From assembly GCA_051362555.1 (NCBI GenBank), contig CM120643.1, positions 22,138,848-22,202,847 of the forward strand: 64,000 bases of DNA. Direction: 5' to 3'. The position numbers and the translations under genes are program-made. The DNA comes from Lingula anatina (Eukaryota > Animalia > Brachiopoda). Positions 54,987 to 64,000 of the stretch are shown piece after piece (position 1 is the first letter of the stretch; each line of letters begins with the position of its first letter). The notes beneath the pieces were generated by a model. The model saw nothing but the letters and a program-made list of their open reading frames with translations, did no database searches and had not been told where the DNA came from.

Positions 54987-55343
54987 CAGAACACCCGTGC
55001 ACTGATGACAAAATCTAGAAATAAAATTATCTTTCAGATTCATGCAAACTGCTTTTCAATGGGTCAGACTCCTGGACTGACAAAAGATAACATTACAAAG
55101 CTATTAGACCGAGAGAAAATACGGGCTTTCACAGAAAAGTGCATTGAAATTGCTTGGTTCATGAACGTACAGAACCCACCCATGCACATCGAGTACCTGC
55201 GTGACAGGCCCGTTCCCTTTGATATGAATGTTCATAAGAGTAACGGCGGAGAAGGTTCACATGCAGTAGAGTGTGTTTGGCCTACCTTGTATTACAGTGA
55301 AGGAGGAGATGTTGCTGTAAGAGGGTCTTTTGTTCTTGGATAA
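21397..55343 (+). CDS. Mitochondria-eating protein (Mieap/SPATA18) C-terminal domain-containing gene, 5'-incomplete model; exons 21397-21601, 50039-50155, 50366-50500, 54766-54807, 55038-55343
   Basis: All introns are GT..AG and in phase. The joined protein has [30 protein letters not shown] (Mieap DLSDxNRPxxLAExxxELYxxEWxDA motif) and [16 protein letters not shown]...[17 protein letters not shown] (Mieap C-terminal CxxxxWxMxxQxPP / vWP..G..xG motifs). Upstream exons were not identified. Confidence 0.85.
22520..23290 (-). mobile_element. CR1/L2-type non-LTR retrotransposon reverse-transcriptase fragment
   Basis: [64 protein letters not shown]; truncated at both ends. Confidence 0.92.
25955..28847 (+). 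mobile_element. Helentron-associated HINE (copy 1) with a ~161-bp tandem array
   Basis: 5' ATGTACAGACACA with its palindromic partner; (GTCGCCGTC)n; units start 26043/26204/26365/~26530/~26690; 3' TGTCTGTACAT plus short hairpin; TT flanks. Confidence 0.85.
31614..35184 (-). mobile_element. Helentron-associated HINE (copy 2, same family), inserted in the SGNH ORF
   Basis: Same termini, microsatellite and ~161-bp units as 25955-28847 but on the minus strand; internal blocks are rearranged. Confidence 0.85.
32117..32190. repeat. (AT)n microsatellite
   Basis: Direct inspection; another (AT)n at 43329-43380. Confidence 0.95.
35810..39185. mobile_element. EnSpm/CMC-like non-autonomous element with GCAG-rich sub-terminal arrays
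   Basis: CCCAGCTAGAA left end versus TTCTAGATGGT right end (9/11); arrays of GGCAGTCTGCTT/GCAGTCCCC at 35820-36395 and 38980-39165. Confidence 0.6.
37797..38907. mobile_element. piggyBac-like MITE
   Basis: TTAA|CCCTCAATCAC ... GTGGATGAGGG|TTAA; internal duplication ~38570-38660 / ~38750-38840. Confidence 0.65.
39430..39590 (-). promoter_or_regulatory. Candidate promoter and non-coding first exon of the SGNH gene
   Basis: Minus-strand donor CAAG|GTAAGC at 39430/39429; acceptor tttttcAG at ~35517, just upstream of the ATG; CACGTG and CCAAT motifs at ~39520-39555. Confidence 0.35.
39593..41520. mobile_element. Non-autonomous DNA transposon with ~280-bp TIRs, AT|AGGG..CCCT|AT (ISL2EU-like)
   Basis: 39593-39875 is inverted to 41241-41520 at high identity; AT dinucleotide on both flanks. 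Confidence 0.8.
42736..44068. mobile_element. Diverged TIR element with internal ~200-bp duplications and (AT)n
   Basis: GACATAATGA..GGACATGAAACGCGG..ATGTGCGTTCG on the left versus CGAACGCACAT..CCGCGTTTCACGTCC..TCATTATGTC on the right; exact ends unclear. Confidence 0.5.
47260..47770. mobile_element. PIF/Harbinger (Tourist-like) MITE, near-perfect palindrome
   Basis: TAA|GGCTTCGTTCACATGG...CCATGTGAATGAAGCC|TAA; arms ~190 bp (47260-47448 and 47581-47770). Confidence 0.9.
50039..50155 (+). CDS. Mieap-like gene exon: [39 protein letters not shown]
   Basis: Acceptor cttcctttgcgttacAG, donor GTtggt; 117 bp, phase 0-0; fits the helical segment expected after the previous exon. This frame is not in the ORF track. 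Confidence 0.75.
50366..50500 (+). CDS. Mieap-like gene exon: [10 protein letters not shown]...DLGDLRK
   Basis: Acceptor atttcAG, donor GTacta; 135 bp, phase 0-0. Confidence 0.75.
52056..54089. mobile_element. PIF/Harbinger non-autonomous element containing a Gypsy fragment
   Basis: TTA|AGCCTCGGTCACAACCGG...CCGGTTGTGACCAAGGCT|TTA. Confidence 0.85.
52620..53880 (+). mobile_element. Ty3/Gypsy LTR retrotransposon 3' fragment (integrase, PPT, probable LTR)
   Basis: [54 protein letters not shown]; catalytic E deleted; G-rich PPT at 53486-53495 followed by an AT-rich LTR-like tract. Confidence 0.88.
54766..54807 (+). CDS. Mieap-like gene small exon: [14 protein letters not shown]
   Basis: Acceptor tttcatttcAG, donor GTaatc; 42 bp, phase 0-0. 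Confidence 0.7.
54850..54982. repeat. (CT)n + (CA)n compound microsatellite in a Mieap intron
   Basis: Direct inspection; (GT)n tracts also at ~49234-49268 and ~49919-49949. Confidence 0.95.
55038..55343 (+). CDS. Mieap-like gene terminal exon (Mieap C-terminal domain)
   Basis: Acceptor tctttcAG; encodes [14 protein letters not shown]...[24 protein letters not shown] then stop. Confidence 0.9.
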   Translation: MHANCFSMGQTPGLTKDNITKLLDREKIRAFTEKCIEIAWFMNVQNPPMHIEYLRDRPVPFDMNVHKSNGGEGSHAVECVWPTLYYSEGGDVAVRGSFVLG

Positions 55344-57376
55344 ATTGGTACTGCATCATGAACATTATTAGTAGTAGTAGAAGTATGTGCAGTCGTAGGA
55401 AATTAGCAGGCGAATGTGACAAGCTGTCAATTAAGTTAAGATCGATTTCACTTTCAGCAAATTAGATTTACAACACCAAAGATTCAAATAATCAAACCAA
55501 AAAGTTAAAGAAGAATAAGAAGATAAAATATTGATTAAAGTGTTATACCCTTAGATGTATATAGGCCTACTCATAAATAACGGATATTGTAGTCCTGCTA
55601 TTGTAAATATACCGGTATTCTCGTTGATGGCCTTGTTCTTAACATAGTTATCAGGTCAAATTTGTTCAACATATTCCTAATTATAGGAACAACTAATGGT
55701 ATTTCCATGATTTCAAAATAATGTTGCTTTTTCATGATATTTCAGTTTCTTCTGCAGAGACTAACATTTTTCTTTGCCTTGCTAATATATGGATAATATA
55801 TAGTCTGTTTCACATTCGAGTTACAGATTGTATCAAACTGAGAGGTTTGTTGTTGTGATTATATCGTTTAAAGAAGGCATACATGGAATAGTTAAATTTT
55901 AAAAAAATGTTGTATGTATATCTTTTTGTGACATGTTGATATGTTAAAATGAGTATTATTGTGCCTCACATTGAATACTGTCGCACTTCATGTATGTCAA
56001 GATACATTTTTATAGAAAGAATCTAAGTACAATAGAGCTTATTTGGGAGAGGCGTGTATTTGTTGTAAATTTAAGGTAAATTAAATAAATGTATATATAT
56101 ATAAACAAAATGTAATCATAACGATTGTCAATTTTGAATACATATGGGGCTAAGACGGAGAAGCAAAGCTGGTCGTGTACGTGTGATAATGTCGTTTAGC
56201 TTGTGGATAACGTCCCACAGCACCTTTTCCTGACAGAAGGGGTGGTCCTTTCAAACCCCCTGAACCCTCCCCCCCCCCCCTCCCCCGGCTATGGGCCTGC
56301 ATAATCTTCGGTAATTTTAGACCAGACAAGTGCCAGGTCTTCCCCAACAAAGTTTTGGCTGAGTGGTTATTTCGTAGATAAAATAAAGAGAAATAAAAAA
56401 ATGATAAAATGTAAACAACCCGAAAGCACATACCAGAATTCTATGCAGTATTCGGAAGATGAAGCTAGAATTATCTATATTGTCTCTATGATAAAATGCT
56501 GACTAACTACGTTAGTTGAGATAACCAAGGCCGGACATTCTCAAAAAATCTTGGGTTCGGTTTTTAAATGCGTTAGATATGCGTGTAGCACAATCTTTCA
56601 AATGCATTCGCGTAGCTCTCCTACCACCTTTTCTTTGGTCGCCCTTTCGAACTGCTCAAACTGATTGAGCTTTTTCAAACCGCCGGGATTGACCCTTCCG
56701 CTTGATGGCCACGAATTCGCAGATGTGAGCAATAAGCATCGAACTGTTCAGTTTGCGTATAAGCTCTAAGTTTATCGGCCTATTTCCTCAGTTGATTGCA
56801 GCATGTGTCCTAACTTGGTATTGTCGCAGACGTGGCGTTTCACGGGTTGTCAGGGCTGGTGACATGACACCTTGGCCAAAGACATTTGTACCGGTGTGGC
56901 ACACTGTTATATAGTAAATACACATTCTTATTTGGTTCACTATAACCTATAAGACTGCTTCTATGCTTTACATTCCACATATTCAAAATGCATCATGTAA
57001 GATCACATCATTATTTGGATCATATGTGGAGTGTGTGTAAACCGTAGCACAAGGGCACTGACGCTCGGTCACTTTCTCGGTCTGACTAGCTCATCCGTAT
57101 GATGTTGCAGAAGTGGCATGGTTATCATATTTCTTACACGCTGTCTTTCTATTCTGCACAAATAGTTCTGTTCCACTGCACTGCTTTCCGTGGTATCTGC
57201 GCGAGTGTATACGTACCCGTATAAATCAAAACCTCCTGACGATTTAAATTATTTGTGTGAAGTGTATAAATTATTCGTGATATAAACTCGCATTCATATA
57301 TAGTGAACACAGTAGATGACAAGTTGCTTCATATTAAGTACATGTCGTGTATAAACTTTCGGCCTGTTTGATCAAA

Positions 57377-57499
57377 ATGCGACAGCAGACCCGGCGTATA
57401 TTACAAGGGGTGGCATTCTGCGTGTTGTTTGTGGGTGTGGCTGTGTTTATGAGGGTGTTCTTTCAATGGAAGGACTACAACACAACGCTGAGAGAATAT
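57377..57499 (+). CDS. METTL24-like exon 1, signal-anchor
   Basis: aaaATG start; MRQQTRRILQGVAFCVLFVGVAVFMRVFFQWKDYNTTLREY; donor GTAAGT at 57500. Confidence 0.8.
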
Positions 57500-60400
57500 G
57501 TAAGTATTGGTTGAGTTAAATATCATTTTCAGTGAGGAAACTGTAACACGTGCAAAAAAAGGTGTTATTTCCGAATTCTTCTTAATGTTTTCAGTCATTA
57601 GACTCTAGGGAAGATAATATTCGGTCATTGTAAGACCGCCTTCACAACCAGTTGATCCGCAGTCTTACATTTCTGGCCTACTTGAAAGCTTGCAGCATAA
57701 TCCCCTAATAGAAACTGAATAGAATCCCCGCGGGGATCGCGTGAGAAGCTTTCAAGTGGGTTGTTCATAGTTGATCTGCAGATCTCTAAGTTCGTGGATC
57801 AACTTGGGTTGTAAATGCGGCCAAAATGAACCAATACTTTTTATGCTGAAAAATACCGATTTTGTATATACCCACAGTCCAATATAATGCTTTGTGACCT
57901 ACCCTTACTCTGAGAGAAAAGTGAACTGAGATAGTTACATGGTATATTATTCTAGATCGGCAACCCTTCACTGGTGCCTCAAGAAGGAACCGAGGCCGAC
58001 GAAAAGGTAATAAATCCGTCAATAGAGATGGCGACCACAGTAACTGCTGACGTCACTACGTTGACGTCACCGGGTGAAGTGACCAAGTCAAAACCCCCAG
58101 TTTCGGCAACAACTAAATCCCAGAAACCACTAATAGTGGACTCGACTAGTTCTGCTCCAACATTATCAATGATTGATTATTCATCGTCGACACCCATGGT
58201 TTCAACGCCAAGCTTAAAACAAAAGAGCGACACCCTCAAGGTCCCTGCGTCTTCCACTTCTGATAAATCCGAAAAACAGCCAACCGTTTCAAAAGAGAGG
58301 GTAAATGACAGGCTGGACACTGAAGATGAAAAGGCCACTGTCTCTCAGGTCAAGACTGTGAAAGGCGACACTGTCAGAAAACCGGCCAAGCCTGGCCCCG
58401 TCAGTGTCCAACCCGAACAGAAAACAATCATTCAAAAATCAACAAAAGACGAGCAGGTCAAACCACCAGTAGTCCAGAAACCAGCCAAGGGGGACAGACG
58501 ACAGCCTGCCGCGCGCCAAACGCCTGTCAACGCTGCAACGACCAAAAAGCGCGCCCCAACTACTCGAAAGGGACCTAGAGACCTTTCCAATCAGCGCCAA
58601 ACGCGTAGTCCTACGACTCCAGTCCCCACACCGTCCCACTTCGGTGTGATTTTCGACGAGTTCCATCCTCACTTTCAGTTTCATGACGATAACATCCACA
58701 TGGTGGCGGATCCCTCCAGTACGCGGGGCAAGGCAGGGGACTACGATGTGCTGGAGAGAGATTATTTCAGGTAATCAGCTAACTAACGTTAGCCAGGACA
58801 TTGGTCTAAACATTTAGACTATAAATGTAGTCTGCTTCACTTCAAGAGGCCCAAGTTAAATGAAGTTAATATTGATCTGATTCCTAAAAGCAGACGATGC
58901 GTCTTCCTTAATTGTTATAAAATAGGCGCATGATTTCATTTTATGGATCACTATTACTAAATTATATGGGGTCCGAAAAATACTATTATTGGTGCAAACT
59001 TTGATACCAATTTTCCGTCTTTAATTACTTTGTGAAACGGCTATCTGGGACATTTTCATTTTTTTTAATTTCTTCAAATTGTATTAGTTCACACAACATT
59101 GAAAGACCATCACGATCGTTTTGTGTCGAGGACGAATAAAAGAGAGACCTCACTAAACATAGTTTCGGACAATGAAAACACCTGTAAAATTACTTAAGAA
59201 AGAATGTGACGAATTCTAAACCTAAACCGGTCGATCGTTATGTCTGTGTCTGATTGTGACTGCCAATTTGATTGTATAGTTTTATATTCATTGATAATTA
59301 ATGGTTCGAAACGTCATCTTTTTTGTATCAAAATCACTCAAAGAAGAGTTGATAAACGTCAAGATGTGAATCAATATTTGAATACATAGCGCCTTAAGTC
59401 CATTGAATGCAATACAAACATTTATCATGCGGATGTTCCTAACCAAGAGACAAGGCATATGTCAATAGTGTTTAACATGCGATAATCTACATATGCATGG
59501 TACCTATACTGTTGCAGTGATTATTTTTATATTTATTTATTTTTATTTTTTACTTTCGTTTAGCTGGATGGAATAGAATAAACGCCTCGCAAGCTAGAGC
59601 TTTTCATGTACATATTCAAAGCACTTCAAAGGTTTTCCACCCCTGGCGTTTGAGCTTGTTTTAGGGAGAATGAAACACGATTCAACGTTTCAATTCTTTG
59701 TGGGGACCCCATACCCAATGCTACTCACAGCTACAGACCCTTGTCGATGTGGGGCCGTAGGGGAAAGGGGTTTGCGTGCTCTTGCATTCCTGTAATCTTG
59801 TTTAAATGGTACTTTTTGGAGAGATTTGTTAATGGAGCAACAAGCTTTTGTGGGGAAAGCTTCGCATGCTTAATTTTGTTTTGAAGGAGAGTACATATAT
59901 AGCGTCCCCGCCAATTGTTGCACAGTTAAAAGACTCCCTACTAAGCCTGTCAGTTTTTCCCTTAAAGGTATCTCGCTCGAATTCAGTTTGACTGCCGTAG
60001 ACGGGAACCAGCAGGAAAAGTCGACTACATAGATGACAGCTGGGAGCTGTGTCAAGATCCGCCATACGATCTAGTCAAAGACAAGTGCTTGGTGTATTCC
60101 TTCGGGTAAGATTTTACATATTTTACATATCTCAAATTGATTTAAATGCTTCTAATTCACATTCATATAATTTAAAGATGTGCAAAGCACACAGATAAAC
60201 AAGAAATGACTTGTACGTTGGCTTCAAAATGCACGTTTGGTTGTTAATTTTTTCCATTCACTATTTTATGTTTCTTTATTATTATTTTCAGAATCCATGG
60301 CGATTGGTCATTTGACGATTTCATGCTCAACCAGGGATGTACGGTTCACTCTTTTGATTCTAGGTAAGTTACATTAACAAGTCTCTGTGTGTATTTATTA

Positions 60401-60608
60401 TCTTAGATTATAATCTTAGGCCTAGTCTGTTATTAAACGATACCACAGCATTTATTTAAATACAGACATTTAGGCTATCTACTTTTGTCGCAGTGATGTT
60501 AATAAACATGTTTTCAACGCTTTCTGCTCTATCCAATTTTAAGTCACATCGGTTACGCGTGAATCAGTTTCACCCACATGTGGCTTTAAATTTTAAGAGA
60601 AAATGTAT

Positions 60609-60642
<34 letters not shown>

Positions 60643-62000
60643 ACAGTTTTGACAGTTCAGTATTATTATTTTCTATATTTATTGTGTCCATTTACCTGAC
60701 AAGAAAAGGATCCATATTTTGCATTTGTGCGTATTCAGACAATATAGGAGAAGTACAAGGCTAAGCTGCTTTGAAATATGTTGCTAATCCCTTCTGTATG
60801 TTGTACAGCAAGGAACATGTATTAAACGTTTTAAAAAGCCGACATGCAATCACCACATAACCCACATCTTTAGTTTCAGTTGAATCTCTCCTTATTGCAA
60901 CCCATTTGATTTGTTTATTCTGTGCCTGGTGACTGAATAAGGTTGCTGTTTGAAAATTAATCAAAAATTCATAACCAAGCAACAAATGTCATGTGTGTAA
61001 TCATTTACATATAATTTTCAGTATGAAATTTCCGGAAAAAGAACGGATGCCTAACAACTGGTTTCATTCGTTGGCGTTGTCAGGTGAAAACAACAGTAAA
61101 CAGAAAACTGCCACACTAGGGGCTATTATGACAAAGTTGGGTGAGGAAAACGTAAGTCCCATTTATTTCATACATCATGAACATTATTTTACTACTAAAA
61201 TGTTTTATGTTATCATCTTTATGCCATTTGTATTAATTACATTTCAATTAAAAAACCATGTGCCTTTCTTGGTGCATATGCTGCAGTCCGCAGGCAATAT
61301 GCATCTTTTTCTCGGTGCATATGCTGCAGCAGGCCGGTAGCCAGCAAATTCAAAAGGGGGGTTCTTTTTCTGAAAAAAGTGGACCTTTTACAATGAAACT
61401 TATGTGTACCTAGATCAAATTTTACCCACAATGGACCTTTTCCTGACAAAAGGGGCGGTTCTTTCGAACCCCCTGAACCCCCCCCCCCCCCCCCCCGGCT
61501 ACGGGCCTGTGCAGTCATAACGTAAACAGGTGAGACATGCATGATTTCAAGTAGAATACATGCAAAGGCGTTAAGACCATGTTCCACATATGTATGCAAA
61601 TGCATTTATATCTTTAAGGAAAACGACTAAGAATTGACTTACATGTACAAAAATGGGGTTACTAAACTGTCCGACGTCTAATACTTGTTTTAATTGCTTC
61701 CAGAGGGTCTTAGACTACGTTAAAATGGACCTAGAGGCAAATCATTGGGACGCCATTCCTACTGCCATTCAAGAAGGCAGCCTTAGTCGTGTTAAGCAAC
61801 TGGGGATAAAATTCCAGGACAAACCAAGCCAAACAAGGGCAAGAATGCTGGAAATGCTTTATAAGCAGGGCTTTCGTATTTACTTCACAAATTTTCATCG
61901 GCGAATTCAATCTACGCAGACTTTGAGGACTATATACGAGTGTCAGGAGGTGCATTTTGTTAATATTAACTTTTTGAAGTTCGATGAAGCTGAGCTCTAA
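57377..62000 (+). CDS. Methyltransferase-like protein 24 (METTL24/Methyltransf_22)-like, type II membrane protein, 524 aa; exons 57377-57499, 57956-58770, 59968-60105, 60292-60363, 61022-61151, 61704-62000
   Basis: Six GT-AG exons sum to 1575 nt in one frame. N-terminal signal-anchor (RRILQGVAFCVLFVGVAVFMRVFF), S/T/P/K-rich stem, then WELC..CLVYSFGI..DWSFDD..GCTVHSFD..TLGAIM..LDYVKMDLE..VKQL..LYKQGFRIY, the METTL24-family motif order. Confidence 0.88.
57956..58770 (+). CDS. METTL24-like exon 2, mucin-like stem
   Basis: Acceptor ttattctAG; long open S/T/P/K-rich frame ending LERDYF-R; donor GTaatc. Confidence 0.88.
59968..60105 (+). CDS. METTL24-like exon 3
   Basis: YLARIQFDCRRREPAGKVDYIDDSWELCQDPPYDLVKDKCLVYSFG; phase 2-2; donor GTAAGA. 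Confidence 0.88.
60292..60363 (+). CDS. METTL24-like exon 4
   Basis: IHGDWSFDDFMLNQGCTVHSFDS; phase 2-2; donor GTAAGT. Confidence 0.9.
61022..61151 (+). CDS. METTL24-like exon 5
   Basis: MKFPEKERMPNNWFHSLALSG...TLGAIMTKLGEEN; donor GTAAGT. Confidence 0.88.
61330..61509. mobile_element. 180-bp CAGG..CCTG MITE with 5-bp TSD (partial copy at ~56222-56300)
   Basis: CAGGCCGGTAGCC..GGCTACGGGCCTG, flanked by TGCAG on both sides. Confidence 0.75.
61704..62000 (+). CDS. METTL24-like terminal exon
   Basis: RVLDYVKMDLEANHWDAI...VKQLGIKFQ...LYKQGFRIYF...CQEVHFVN then stop. Confidence 0.9.
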   Translation, partial: RVLDYVKMDLEANHWDAIPTAIQEGSLSRVKQLGIKFQDKPSQTRARMLEMLYKQGFRIYFTNFHRRIQSTQTLRTIYECQEVHFVNINFLKFDEAEL

Positions 62001-64000
62001 ATGAGAGGATTTTTATTCTCCAGCGGTTTTCAAAGTCTCAACAAGGTTCCATCATCATTATCATTATGTATCTCTGTGTTTTCTGCACTTTTTGACTACG
62101 TGGAGACCAGGAGCATTGTTGGATCCTGGGAAGAGCACTACGGTCACGAGTCCCATCCCCTCTTAGTTTCTTTAGTTTACTAAAAACAAAATACCATAAC
62201 GAAAGGGAAAGGAAATAAAAGCAAGTCTTCATTCCATCCATGCACCATATATATAAAGGCGAGATTGCTCAGTCTCCGTTTTACATTTGTCTTGCTTCAT
62301 TCGGCTTTTTTCTTTTCATTTTTGCCTCTTCCCCGTTCTTACATGTAGCAAAAACCCTGGGTCCTTCTGTATGGTTTTGTCTGTTGTCTATAAGATTATT
62401 AACTACAGATTAACTAAGATTATTAACTTGAAAATAAACTTGTCTTCAAGACTCGGTGCGTTTTTCGTCAATTCACTATCTTTGTGAAGACGTCAGATAT
62501 CAATGGTTGCTGCTCGTACCACGTTGCCTATCCAAGGTATCACCACAAAATCTTCATTGGTTGTCTAAAAGCCTACGATGAACAGATCGAAGCCTTATAT
62601 CGAGTTTCATGTTTGACAGGCAGATATCAAGTTGAGAGAAAACCTTTAAAAAGCACGTATCCTAACCAAACGCTTCCACTGATGAAATCTAAATCGCAAG
62701 TTTTAAAAAAGGAGATTTAGTGCCTGTATAGTAGCCGTTGCCAGCACTGCTTTAGGTGTTTCGCAATTTTACAATACTATAGCGCTGTTGAGATTGTTCT
62801 GGCAGTTTCCTTTAAAAGAGGGGAAAATGTCGAAACCCAGAATGCAGTGTACAACCTAACCAACTGCTTTATATGCAGCCGTTGGTCAAACTGTTTGATG
62901 TGCTTGTCAGGAAAATTGGGTAATTCTTTTTCATAACTCTATTTCACAAGTAAGTTCGAGAAGCGCCTTGATATATTCACCTAAATCAGTTCATGCGCGG
63001 ATTTTTAAAAACAACTTTCCACAAAAAGAATAGGGATAATCAAATAAGGTCCGATTGATAGATAGATATTCAAATATTTACATTTTCTTGTGTTGGGATA
63101 ACTGGAGTTCATTTTGGATATAATTATATCCTCTGAAACTTATCAACAAGTACTGTTTATTTCTATAAAACAAACCAGTTTTTTAAAAGACAAATTTTAT
63201 CACAATAAACTCGTGGATAATTACAAGTGCATCATTCAAAACATAAATAACACGACAGCGCTAGAATTTTTTCTCACATTTCATAATGTTTTTTTTTTTT
63301 TTTTTTTTTTTTTGGGGGGGGAGGGGTCATTTTATTACTATTAGTATTATTATATTTGTCTTTTACTTTACTACTACAAAATTATAAGATTCTTTTGTAA
63401 TGAATGGTTTCACAGCTGTTGTTGTACACAACATGTACATTCATGAATCCTTATTACAATGTTACATGGCGTTTTAACTTAAAGCTTTTAATTAAAATGA
63501 AGGCTTGTCCACGCGCTTACAGATTTAAATTGGATTGCATTCAAACTTCAAACAGTTGAACGGTGCAGATATTTTCCAAAATTGCAACATTGAGACAGGT
63601 AAGTTGACGGTATGCATTGTTCTCAGTCCCTTAAATCCAACATGGCTTAGTAGAAATATCAAAAACATGAGATAAGCGGTCTTTTAGAAAATGTTTCAGG
63701 TATCGGCTAAGTTTTATACAGTCTTAGCAAAGACCGTCTTTCGACTAACAACTGGGGGATGGTCATATTTAATAGTTTAAAAAGCCCTTAGGGCAATGGT
63801 ATCACGCAAGTGCATACGAACATGAACTAGTGCAGTCCCTTAATTCTCATTATCTCTAATATGTGTTGTAATTGAGAGAGAACCAGCTCAGCACCGTGCT
63901 ACCTGTTTTGTACTTAAGTGCGTGTCCACGAGAAAACCAGACCAAATGTAGAAAATGCGGCAAGGTGGGGGTGAACGGATTTACATCATATTTGGTGTGT

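Overview
AT-rich eukaryotic DNA, probably from a marine invertebrate (inferred from gene and repeat families); no prokaryotic operons, CRISPR, rRNA or tRNA genes are seen. Two spliced host genes are on the + strand. (1) A Mieap/SPATA18 C-terminal-domain protein: five in-phase exons at 21397-21601, 50039-50155, 50366-50500, 54766-54807 and 55038-55343, with a 28.4-kb intron; the 5' exons were not found. (2) A complete six-exon METTL24-like type II membrane methyltransferase (57377-62000, 524 aa) with a mucin-like stem and non-canonical motifs. Most of the rest is nested transposons, many with readable TIRs and TSDs: Tc1, P-like, IS3EU, ISL2EU-like, Harbinger, piggyBac-like, EnSpm-like, Helentron-type HINEs, CR1/L2, L1/Tx1, Gypsy, and an unclassified TGT..ACA element with a 6-bp TSD. 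The best novelty candidate is an antisense SGNH-hydrolase gene inside the Mieap intron. It is split by a HINE but rejoins in frame, has a candidate promoter and spliced leader, and is bracketed by ~450-bp inverted arms, so it may be cargo of an undescribed element. All alignments were done by eye and superfamily calls rest on terminal and TSD signatures; nothing here proves a new system.
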